Shown here: one piece after another, positions 54,616 to 63,010 of the stretch | Position numbering within the stretch: position 1 is the first letter of the stretch | Layout of the letters: each line of letters begins with the position of its first letter | Assembly: GCA_973851085.1 (NCBI GenBank) | Contig: OZ316776.1 | Location: forward strand, 8,866,001-8,930,000 | Direction: 5' to 3' | Length of the DNA: 64,000 nt | Origin: Ptychomitrium polyphyllum | Taxonomy: Eukaryota | Position numbers and translations under genes: made by a program | The notes under the pieces: generated by a model | Database searches by the model: none | What the model was told of the DNA's origin: nothing | What the model saw: only the letters and a program-made list of their open reading frames with translations

Positions 54616-55678
54616 TTACCTCCGAGGCATATTGTACTTGATACGTAGGTCTTTAAGAGCCTGATTATTTTTGATGCGAAAATACTTGTCCTTCAGATCT
54701 TTGTAGTTCTTCTCTTGCTTAATGTGAAGTTCCTCTTCTTCCCTTTGCTGCAACTGAACATCGTGTAAACATTTTCTTAGCAACACTTTCAACTATTCTC
54801 AAACCATTTCGTTTTAGGAATTCTCGACGAACACAGAATGACCGGAGCATACCTCACGAAGATAATTAGCAGCCTTCAAGTGTTCCATAGATTTCCGTCT
54901 CTTCGCTTCGTATACTGATGCATTTTTGTCCGTGTGAAGCACAAGTTTCACGTTGACGGCTACTCTTTTCCGGTTACAAGGGTGATCCACCAGCATGAGT
55001 GGCTTTGCCAGTTGAGCTTGTGCGGGCCTGGGCATGCCGCCGACCATCAACATATATTCCCGTAGTTGAGTCACAACCACCTCTGCCTTCTGCAGCGTCT
55101 CCATCTCCACTACTGCCATCCTGACAATATGAATGGTCACCATATCACTCCCTCTATTAAGACAAAAGAAGAATAAGAGACATAACCTGAGTGATCTTGT
55201 CTATTACTTATAGCATATACAACACATGGTCTGGTCACAAACTGTTGGTTTGAAAGTGACTGGATGTTAATTTTAGAACTAAGTAACTAAAGAATGATCG
55301 TTTATATGAGAAGGTATGGTATGTGAAAGAGAAACAAAGCACATGCGAAGGTTTTTCTTGTGTAGGCATTACAATCGGAAGCCACAATGCTTACCCTGAA
55401 TAATTTGGCAAAACCCCAGAGGCGGTCGGTTTCACCTCAACATGTGGGAGTCTCAAGAGCTTAATAGCAAGCACAGTTGCAAACTGATCAATTGCCGCAA
55501 GCAGGATTTGCGACGTCACCAAAGGCGACAGAGAGTCAACAAGCACGCATCGCTTTACAAGCTCACTGAAATATTCTTTCCTCGTGGCACTTGACGCTTC
55601 ATCTGGTAAAGAACTTCGCGATGAACTCACCCAATCCCACCATTTCTCCTCTGCACTCTTCACCGCCTCTGTTTCCAT
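54616..55678 (-). CDS. Hypothetical 238-aa protein, 3 exons (55678-55395, 55153-54853, 54747-54616)
   Basis: Strong splice sites (GG|GTAAG, TAG|A, GAG|GTATG, CAG|C) join three open frames in phase (717 nt). An in-frame TGA lies just upstream of the ATG. No family recognised. Confidence 0.6.
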
Positions 55679-56562
55679 CCCTTCCTTCTCTCAAACACTG
55701 ATCAATGCCCTCTGACTGATGACTGATGTTGACTGTTGTTGACCAACATCAACATGACAAAGACCTGCATATCAATCCCTTGTGTTTATATCCACGAACA
55801 CTGTTCACCGACCATATCCGCCACGCTGCTTTCTTTGATTTGTGCTAATTACACTACATTCAACTATCTTCATCTAGTGTAGATTGCAGAAAACATTCAT
55901 ACCGAAGAGCTCTATACGGCTTTCTGCATCTCGAATCGCCACTCTCCGCCCCTCTGTTATGTCCCATCCGAGCGCTGGCGTGCCCTCGTCTGCAAGACAG
56001 AAAGTCAAAGATCGATGGAAATCAATGGTTTCAGCGAGAGTGGAGATACTACAATAACACAGTGAAAGAGACAGAACACTGCGTACTGGGAAGAGTTGGT
56101 TGAGAAAAACGAATCCATGAATCTCATAACGAACTTCCTGGCGAGGGAGGGAAGCGCAGGAATGGATGGATGAGCGCTCTAAGTTCGTCGTCAAGGCTCG
56201 TCATCGTTGCTTGGCTTTTCTAGAGAATCAATTGAGGTTGGCATGCAGCGTCCCTGACGTATAACCCCTCCATTTACAAAGCTGCTCGCTCTTCCTCACA
56301 ACTCCTTGTTGCTGCTTGAAGCAAACCGCATCCCACCTTAGCCCATGTTTGTCTGCATCACCAAATGTCAGTCAGAACCTTACTGTGTTAATTTAACTTT
56401 CAGCATTCAATTTTGGCATTGAGTTTCTATATATATATACTTGTTCCAAAAGTTCTAGATAGTAAGAAGATAGTTACCATTCAAAGTTGGCATTTCAGTA
56501 CCTGAAGTGAAAAAATGTAACTGTAATTTAACCATGGAAATGATTTTGCTTCTAACGTGAGT

Positions 56563-56965
56563 AAGCCCGAGTCGATGGACACCTTCGACACCGACCCCGC
56601 GGACGCGCTCGCCTACGCCTACGACATCGTCTGCAACGGCAACGAGATTGGCGGCGGGTCGATCCGTATCCATCGCCGTGACGTGCAGGAACGCGTGTTC
56701 AAGATGATGGGGCTCGACGGCGACGAGGCGCAGACCAAGTTCGGTTTCCTGCTGGACGCGTTCGGCTTCGGTGCGCCACCGCACGGCGGGATCGCGTTCG
56801 GCTGGGACCGGATCTGCGCGCTGCTCACGGGCAGCGACTCGATCCGCGACGTGATCGCATTCCCCAAGACCGGCAACGGGTACGACCCGTTTGACCGCCG
56901 CGCCGGCGCCGATCACCGCCGCGCAGCGCAAGGAGGCCGGGGTCGACGCGAAGCCCGAGCCGTGA
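56563..56965 (+). CDS. aspS: Aspartate-tRNA ligase, C-terminal fragment (5'-truncated at the junction; +1 frameshift at 56890-56892)
   Basis: [19 protein letters not shown] and motif 3 [24 protein letters not shown]. Removing one T restores [26 protein letters not shown]. Confidence 0.93.
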
Positions 56966-57008
56966 CGCGCCCGCTCCCGTAGCACCGCCCGCACCGCTGC
57001 ACACACGG

Positions 57009-57066
57009 CTTTGCCTACCGCAAGGTTGATCAACAGGCCTGTTGATCAACCACGCAGTAGGCAAAG
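57009..57066. repeat. 58-nt palindrome (REP-like element or bidirectional terminator) between convergent genes
   Basis: Perfect 28-bp core GGTTGATCAACAGGCCTGTTGATCAACC (57024-57051) with outer arms CTTTGCCTAC / GTAGGCAAAG. Confidence 0.85.
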
Positions 57067-57149
57067 ACGCGGTGGGCGACGCGGTGGGCGACGCGGTGGG
57101 CGACGCGGTGGGTGGCGCGGTGGATTGCGCGGTGGGTGGCGCGGTGGGC
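57066..57149. repeat. 7 x 12-bp tandem repeat, consensus GACGCGGTGGGC
   Basis: Three perfect copies followed by four degenerate ones. Confidence 0.9.
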
Positions 57150-57153
57150 GGGG

Positions 57154-60048
57154 TCAGTCGCCGAGGTACCCGTTCGGCAGGTTGCGGCCGGGCACCTGGT
57201 CGGGGGTCAGGATCTTCGCGTCACCCGGGTACGCGAGCCGCCACCTGTGCGCGCTGTACCAGTCGAGCCGGTTGAGCTGGGCGGGATTGGCCCAGTCGAC
57301 CATCGCCCGTCCACCCACCAGCCGCGAGCCACGGCTCCACGCCGCCCACGCCTCGTACACCGGCCGCTCGGCGACCGGCACCCCCAGCTCGGCGGCGGTC
57401 TGCGGGCGGTAGACCCGTGCGGCGAGCGGGCTGCGTCCCGGTTTCGCCTGAGCCCCGGCCTGGGCCTGCGCCGACGTCGATGCGCCGGTCGTGGCTGGCG
57501 TGAGCCCCAGCGTCAGCGGCACGGTGTTCGGCACGACGCTGTACGGCGTGGCGTCCGCAGCGTCGGTGAACGCGTTGAACATCGGCTCGGCGGCGCGGTC
57601 CTCCTGGTTCATCGGGGCGATGCCGAGGATCTGCTCGATCGTGCGCACCACGTTCAGCTGGGTGTAGTACGTGTCGACGAGCGCGCCGTGCTTGGCGTAC
57701 GGGCTCGCGATCAGCAGCGGCCCCCGGTGCCCGTCGACGTGATCGGCGCCGTCCTGGGTGTCGTCCTCGAGGACGAACACCGCCGAACTCGCCCAGTCCT
57801 TCGAGTGCGAGATCGTGTCGATCACCCGGCCGACCGCGAGGTCGTTGTCGGCTACCTCGGCCACCGGCAGCGGCGCACCGGTGCCGACCCCGGCCGTGTG
57901 GTCGTCCGGCAGCCACATCAGGTTGAGGTTCGGCAGCTTGCCCGACTGCACGTCGGCGGCGAACTCCTGCTGCCAGACGTCCACGCGGTACTGGTCGGGG
58001 ATGTCGAGGTCGAACGGCGGGAACTGGTGGTCGTCTATCGCGTTGAGCGACGGGATGTCGGAGTAGGTGTTGACCGACGACACCGGTACCGGCAGCGGCC
58101 CGGACGCCTTGCCCTCGAGGATCTGGGAGTCGGCGTAGTAGGCCGACCACGAGGGGACGGGCGACTGCTGGTTGACGAAGTTGTTGTACTCGCCGTAGTC
58201 GCGGACGCTGCGCCCCGCCTGGGCCGCCGCGTTCCACAGGAACCCGTCGCGCTGGTAGGCCAACGCATCGCCACCCTGCGCGGGATAGCTGCGGTAGAAC
58301 GCGCCGAACTCCTTCTCGATGTAGTCGTTGGCGTCGGCCTGCATGAGCCAGTTGTGGCCGTCGGCCGACAGCGTGCCCTCGTCGTAGAAGTTGTCGAACA
58401 GGCCGAAGGTGTTGGCGAGCTTGTGATGGTTCGGTGTCACCGGCTGGCCGAACTGCGCCAGGCTCGCGTCGCTGTTGCCCTTGCCGATGTCGCCGAGCAC
58501 CTGGTCGTAGGTGCGGTTCTCCTTGACGATGAGGAAGACGTGCTTGATCTTGGACGGATCGCCGAGGTGCGCCGGGATCGCGACCGGCGCGCGGGTGGCG
58601 GCCCCGGTCGACGACTGGGCCAGCAACCGCTCCCAGTCGTTGTTCAGAAACACCTGGTGGGTGTCGGTGCCCAGTTCGGCCATGCTCGGCAGCGCGAACT
58701 GGGTGATCGTGCCGGTGTCGTCGTAGGTGTTGTGCCCGACCACTGAAGCGGGCGCCGGCGTGGTGCCGCCGCCGTCCTTCACGACCGTGCTCTCGGGCCC
58801 GCGGGCGCCGATGCCCTTGTCATTGGTGACGACGACCTTCGACAGTGCAGCGTCGTACTCGACGTTGACGGGGTAGAAGTCGGTGGGCAGCAGGCCGAGG
58901 TACTGCACCGGCGAGGTCGGCCCGGACCAGTGGTACTCGGCCAGGGCGTTGTCGCGGCCGATGCTGACCAGGATGGTGCTGGCGTCGGGCATGGTGATCG
59001 CGTTCGGGTAGCTGCCGACGGTCGATCCGGGCAGCGGGTTGACGTTCACGGTCTGATCGACCGTGCCGGTCGCGGTGTCGATCACCGAGAACGAGTCGTC
59101 GTTGGAGTTCGCCACGAGCAGCGAACCGTCGGCGGCCAGGTACTCGGCGGTCGGCTCGAGGCCGACGGCGATCTCACGCGTCTCGGTGCCGGCGGTCAGG
59201 TCGATCTGCGAGACGGTGCCGGTGGTCGCGCCGCCGGTGCGGTGGTCGGCGACGATCGGCGTCCCGTAGGACTGGTTGGTGAAGTCGCCCGGCTTCGCCG
59301 GCCGCCCACCCTCGTTGGATACGTAGGCGGTCTGCCCGACGAGCACGACCTGCCGCGGCGCGTTGCCGGTGTGGATGATGCTGGTGACGGCGTTGGTGGC
59401 GGTGGAGATGACACCGAGTTCGTTGACGCCGTTGAGGGCGACGTAGAGGTCGGCGCCGTCGCCGGACAGCGCCATGCCCGACGGGAGGTCCGGGACGTTG
59501 GTGCTGCCCGTCCCGAGGTTCGACTCGGTGGTCACCAGGGTGGTGACGACCGGGCTCGACACCGTCCCGTCGCCGGCAACGGCGAAGCGCACCAGGTCGG
59601 CCGACTGCGGGAACCACAGCGATTTGCCGTCGGGCGACCAGAGCGGCCCGTCGGCGGCGACCGTGCCGTCACCGATCGCGGGGTCGCCGGTCTTGCCGGT
59701 GCCGACCTGCTGGACGATCTTGCCCGTGCTGAGGTCCGTCATCGTCAGGAAGCCGGTGAAGTTGTTCCAGCTCAGCGCCGCCAGGTAACGCCCGTCCGGG
59801 CTGATCGACGACGACAGGAGCCGGGCATTGTCGACGAGCAGGCGCTGCCCGAGCGGCGTGATCCGCTGATTGGTCGGCAGCAGGATGCCGCGCCCGTTGT
59901 CGGTGCCCACCCGTTCGTGGCCGAACACGCCGGCGGCGGCCGCGGTGGTGCCGGCGATCAGCACGAATCCGGCAATGCCGGCCGTCGCGCTGCGGCGCAG
60001 TGCCCGCCGGTGCTCGTGGCGCCAGCGGGCGGATCGGATCCTGGCCAT
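57154..60048 (-). CDS. Secreted bifunctional YncE/YVTN beta-propeller plus phosphoesterase (alkaline phosphatase superfamily, PLC/AcpA-like), 964 aa
   Basis: ATG at 60048 preceded by GGGAG. Arg-rich signal peptide. Propeller blades (ISPDGRYLA, WSPDGKSLW, LSGDGADLYVA, TAYVSNEGG). Catalytic motifs KHVFLIVKENRTYDQVLGD, SADGHNW, DDTQDGADHVDGHR. Confidence 0.9.
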   Translation of the reverse strand: MARIRSARWRHEHRRALRRSATAGIAGFVLIAGTTAAAAGVFGHERVGTDNGRGILLPTNQRITPLGQRLLVDNARLLSSSISPDGRYLAALSWNNFTGFLTMTDLSTGKIVQQVGTGKTGDPAIGDGTVAADGPLWSPDGKSLWFPQSADLVRFAVAGDGTVSSPVVTTLVTTESNLGTGSTNVPDLPSGMALSGDGADLYVALNGVNELGVISTATNAVTSIIHTGNAPRQVVLVGQTAYVSNEGGRPAKPGDFTNQSYGTPIVADHRTGGATTGTVSQIDLTAGTETREIAVGLEPTAEYLAADGSLLVANSNDDSFSVIDTATGTVDQTVNVNPLPGSTVGSYPNAITMPDASTILVSIGRDNALAEYHWSGPTSPVQYLGLLPTDFYPVNVEYDAALSKVVVTNDKGIGARGPESTVVKDGGGTTPAPASVVGHNTYDDTGTITQFALPSMAELGTDTHQVFLNNDWERLLAQSSTGAATRAPVAIPAHLGDPSKIKHVFLIVKENRTYDQVLGDIGKGNSDASLAQFGQPVTPNHHKLANTFGLFDNFYDEGTLSADGHNWLMQADANDYIEKEFGAFYRSYPAQGGDALAYQRDGFLWNAAAQAGRSVRDYGEYNNFVNQQSPVPSWSAYYADSQILEGKASGPLPVPVSSVNTYSDIPSLNAIDDHQFPPFDLDIPDQYRVDVWQQEFAADVQSGKLPNLNLMWLPDDHTAGVGTGAPLPVAEVADNDLAVGRVIDTISHSKDWASSAVFVLEDDTQDGADHVDGHRGPLLIASPYAKHGALVDTYYTQLNVVRTIEQILGIAPMNQEDRAAEPMFNAFTDAADATPYSVVPNTVPLTLGLTPATTGASTSAQAQAGAQAKPGRSPLAARVYRPQTAAELGVPVAERPVYEAWAAWSRGSRLVGGRAMVDWANPAQLNRLDWYSAHRWRLAYPGDAKILTPDQVPGRNLPNGYLGD

Positions 60049-60189
60049 GAGAACTCCCGGGGGGACGAACGGAGCTGCACGCGACGTGCGAGCGTGTCGA
60101 ACGCTAGGCAGCGGTCGCGGCGTCCATGGATCGCTTCGGTGAACAGCAGGCCAAGACCCCACGAACCCTGCGGAACCGGACACCGCGGC

Positions 60190-60642
60190 TCAGCCGACGT
60201 CGAAGCAGCCGTCGATCAGCCACAACGGATTGCGGACCTGGCGGTAGCCCGGGCCGGTGATGGTCTGTACGCCGTTCAGGGCGGCCGGGCCGTCGCCGTC
60301 GGCGGCGTAGCAGCCGTTGGTCTGCACCGACACGGCGTAGGACGCGACGACGGTGGTGGCGGCACCGTCGACGAGGAAGGAGACGCGGCACACCCAGTTG
60401 TCGCCCGCGCCGCGCTGGACGTCGGCGACGGTGCCCTTCAGACAGGCGGCACTCGAGTGCAGGCCGGCGACGGTCGGCCGCGGGTTGCCCAACTCGACCT
60501 GCTGCCGGACGTAGAGCCGGCCGAAGGTCGCGGCCATCGAGCCCTGCAGCCGCCCGGCGGTGATCGGCGAGGTGCCGCAGCCGGTGAGCAGCAGCGCCGC
60601 CGCCAGGAGCACGGCGGCGGCGCGGCGCGTCCCGCGGCTCAC
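60190..60642 (-). CDS. Putative lipoprotein, 150 aa, translationally coupled to the ABC permease
   Basis: GTG start overlaps the permease TGA (GTGA). N-terminus RRAAAVLLAAALLLTG-C gives a lipobox. Four further Cys, including NGCYAADG and IDGCFD. Confidence 0.8.
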   Translation of the reverse strand: MSRGTRRAAAVLLAAALLLTGCGTSPITAGRLQGSMAATFGRLYVRQQVELGNPRPTVAGLHSSAACLKGTVADVQRGAGDNWVCRVSFLVDGAATTVVASYAVSVQTNGCYAADGDGPAALNGVQTITGPGYRQVRNPLWLIDGCFDVG

Positions 60643-61514
60643 GTCGCCACCCGGATGTCGCGGCGGGCGAACACCGCCCAGGTGAGCGCCAGGCAGCCGA
60701 CCGTCCAGGCGGCGCTGGTCAGCAGTCCGTGCCAGATCGGGTCGTGGAACGCCGGAGCGGTCCACAGCCCGTGCCAGGACTCGAACGGCGTGCTGGGCAG
60801 TGCGATCCGCATCGCCGCCGGCAGGTCGACCAGGCTGAGCACCTGACACCCCAACCCGGCCAGGACGGGCAGGCCGATGCCGACGACACTCGATCGGCTG
60901 GTCACCGAGGCGAGCAGCGCGAGCGCGGCGAAGGCGAGCATCGGGGGCAGCTCCAGCGCCCAGCTCGCTGCGACCAGCGCGGCCGCGTGCCCGGCAGGCA
61001 CCAGCTGACCGCCGAGCCCGGTCACCGGGTTCGCCCCGACCGTCACCGCCGCGGCCAGGCCGGCCGCGGTCAGCAGCACCAGGGCGACGACGGTGTAGAC
61101 GAGCACCGCGAGCGCCTTGCCGGTGAAGACCTGCCCGCGGCTGCGTGATCGCGTCAGTACGGTCTTCCAGGTGCCGAAGTGGTCCTCGGCGGAGAACACG
61201 TCGCCCGCGACCACCGCCACGACGGCGGGCAGCGCCCACTGGCCGGCGAACCCCAGCACCACCAGGGCCAGCGCGAAACCCGACTCGTGCACCCACTGGC
61301 CGAACAAGGTGTCCGCCGGCACCGCGCTCTGCACGCCGATACCCGCCACGACCGCGAACGGAGCGACGACGCAGGCGGCCAGCACCACCCGCACCCGGTT
61401 CAGGCGGATCAGCTTCGCGAGCTCCAGCCGCCACACCGAGCAGGCGCCGGCCACGGTCCCGCGGGGCTGCAGCCCTGTCACCGGTGGCGGCCAGCGCGTG
61501 GCCGCGAAGGTCAT
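60639..61514 (-). CDS. ABC-2 type transporter permease
   Basis: About 6 hydrophobic segments; AGDVFSAEDHFGTWKTVLTRSRSRGQVFTGK and terminal FARRDI motifs. Confidence 0.9.
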   Translation of the reverse strand: MTFAATRWPPPVTGLQPRGTVAGACSVWRLELAKLIRLNRVRVVLAACVVAPFAVVAGIGVQSAVPADTLFGQWVHESGFALALVVLGFAGQWALPAVVAVVAGDVFSAEDHFGTWKTVLTRSRSRGQVFTGKALAVLVYTVVALVLLTAAGLAAAVTVGANPVTGLGGQLVPAGHAAALVAASWALELPPMLAFAALALLASVTSRSSVVGIGLPVLAGLGCQVLSLVDLPAAMRIALPSTPFESWHGLWTAPAFHDPIWHGLLTSAAWTVGCLALTWAVFARRDIRVAT

Positions 61515-61845
61515 CGGGCCCCGCCGGTCAGGCTTGCCAGCAGTCGCTCGAGCGGCGAGGCGGCCTGCGCGAGCGATCTGATCGCCACGCCGGCCCGGCC
61601 GAGGGCGATGGTGAACGCGTCGAGCGACTGCTCGTCGGCGGCGAAGAGCACCGCGCCGCCGGCGATCGCCAAGCTGATGCCCAGCCGGTCCGCGACCTGC
61701 TTGGCCGCCACCTCGTCCCCCGTCGACAACCGCCAGGTCGCCGGCGGCGCATCGTCACGCAGTCGCTGCGCGCTGCCGGAGAACACGACTGCACCCCGGT
61801 CCAGGACCGTGATCGAATCCGACAGCTCGTCCACCTGGACGATGG
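61511..61845 (-). CDS. ABC transporter ATP-binding protein, C-terminal fragment (cut by the gap)
   Basis: VDELSDSITVLDRGAVVFSGS (post H-loop region) and terminal SPLERLLASLT. ATGA overlap with the permease. Confidence 0.8.
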
Positions 61846-61945
61846 NNNNNNNNNNNNNNNNNNNNNNNNNNNNNNNNNNNNNNNNNNNNNNNNNNNNNNN
61901 NNNNNNNNNNNNNNNNNNNNNNNNNNNNNNNNNNNNNNNNNNNNN
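61846..61945. other. Assembly gap (100 N)
   Basis: Run of exactly 100 N, a typical placeholder for unknown size. Confidence 1.
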
Positions 61946-62357
61946 TGATTATAAAAACTGAGTGGAAGTCCATTTAAGAATCCAAATTGTTGAACTCATG
62001 GTTTAAAACTTAATTTACCTGAGCAAACAAGGATGGATAGAATAGCACATCCGATCCCAAAAATATTGGAGGGTGAAAGTACTCATCAACCACGTCCTAT
62101 CTGCTACCCTTCTTACTGGCTAATACACACTAAGAAGAATGACAGCGCCTGGCAATGAGCCTGCATGGCATCCAAGGTAACAGGGAAGCTGGAGACTTCT
62201 AAAGTTGAGGTGATCCACAATGGTGGTGGTGGTGGTCTTTGCCTAGTGTTGAGTGGAATGTACCGTAACCCACCCTGAATTCTCCGAATATTCTCGCATG
62301 TCACGTGTCAGGTCATTGTATTCTCCATCCTAACTTGGTCATTTATATCTGCAGCAA

Positions 62358-63010
62358 TTATATTGAAGTTCTGTGTTCCAGTATAGTACTTCCTGCACCA
62401 AGCTCTTTCCTTCTGCTCCTGTGCTTCAGTTCAAACAAATTTGAAGTAAGTCCCACTGAAATCTGCTGAATTCGTTTGTCATCTGTTCTATACTTTCCTA
62501 CTGCTCTAAATTTTGCTGAATTAGCTGAAAGTAACTTCAATACTTCTCCAATTTAAGATCTAGCTGCAGGGTCTACTTGCCAACACCTACAAAGTAGCAA
62601 ATCATGTGCCCGATTATCCACACACTCAGGCACGCATAGGTGTTGTCCACTAAAGGCATTATATGTTGTCACTGACTCATCCACATTGAACAAAAGCTTT
62701 CATATTATACCTCATACCATGTAATTTCAAGACTATAAATGTCTGCCTCTTTGGCAAATAATGCAAGTCTGCTCCAAACAACCTCGTCTTCGTAAGCTTA
62801 CAACATTGCAGGTGCAGTCTTAAATCCCTGTTCCAACAATTCCAATTTAACATTCAAAGTCGGCTACCAAATAATCATTATCTTCTTTATTTTTCTTGAA
62901 TGCTTTGAAGTCCCTATGAGCAATGATGCAATTGTACAACCAGTTCACTCATTGTGGAATAGGGAACTTGATGTATTCGACATCATCTTTTTGAAATGGT
63001 CCATAATCTC
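62358..63010 (-). pseudogene. Protein kinase pseudogene (TKL/Raf-like, DFE-type)
   Basis: Manual translation: GPFQKDDVEYIKFPIPQ*VNWLYNCIIAHRDFKA...LVADFEC*IGIVGTG (frameshift) APAML*...EADIYSLEITWYE | intron | CWQVDPAARS*IGEVLKLL. Stops at 62847-62849 and 62553-62555. Confidence 0.8.

Larger units (their letters stand above)
56563..61845. other. Foreign high-GC actinobacterial segment (contaminant/chimeric join or recent HGT)
   Basis: Abrupt shift to roughly 70% GC (by eye), intronless dense genes with GC-ending codons, ATGA/GTGA start-stop overlaps, an RBS, and an actinobacterial-style AspRS sequence. Confidence 0.95.

Noticed and set aside
56455..57033. 192-aa ORF crossing the plant/bacterial junction as a fusion gene
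   Set aside because: It is the antisense frame of aspS running into host DNA, with no supporting signals.
60049..60183. N-terminal extension of the 1009-aa ORF
   Set aside because: The RBS and signal peptide point to ATG 60048 as the start.
57112..60846. Long + strand ORFs (544 aa and 638 aa) and other overlapping ORFs in the GC-rich block
   Set aside because: Shadow frames of high-GC genes: Arg/Gly/Val-rich with no motifs.
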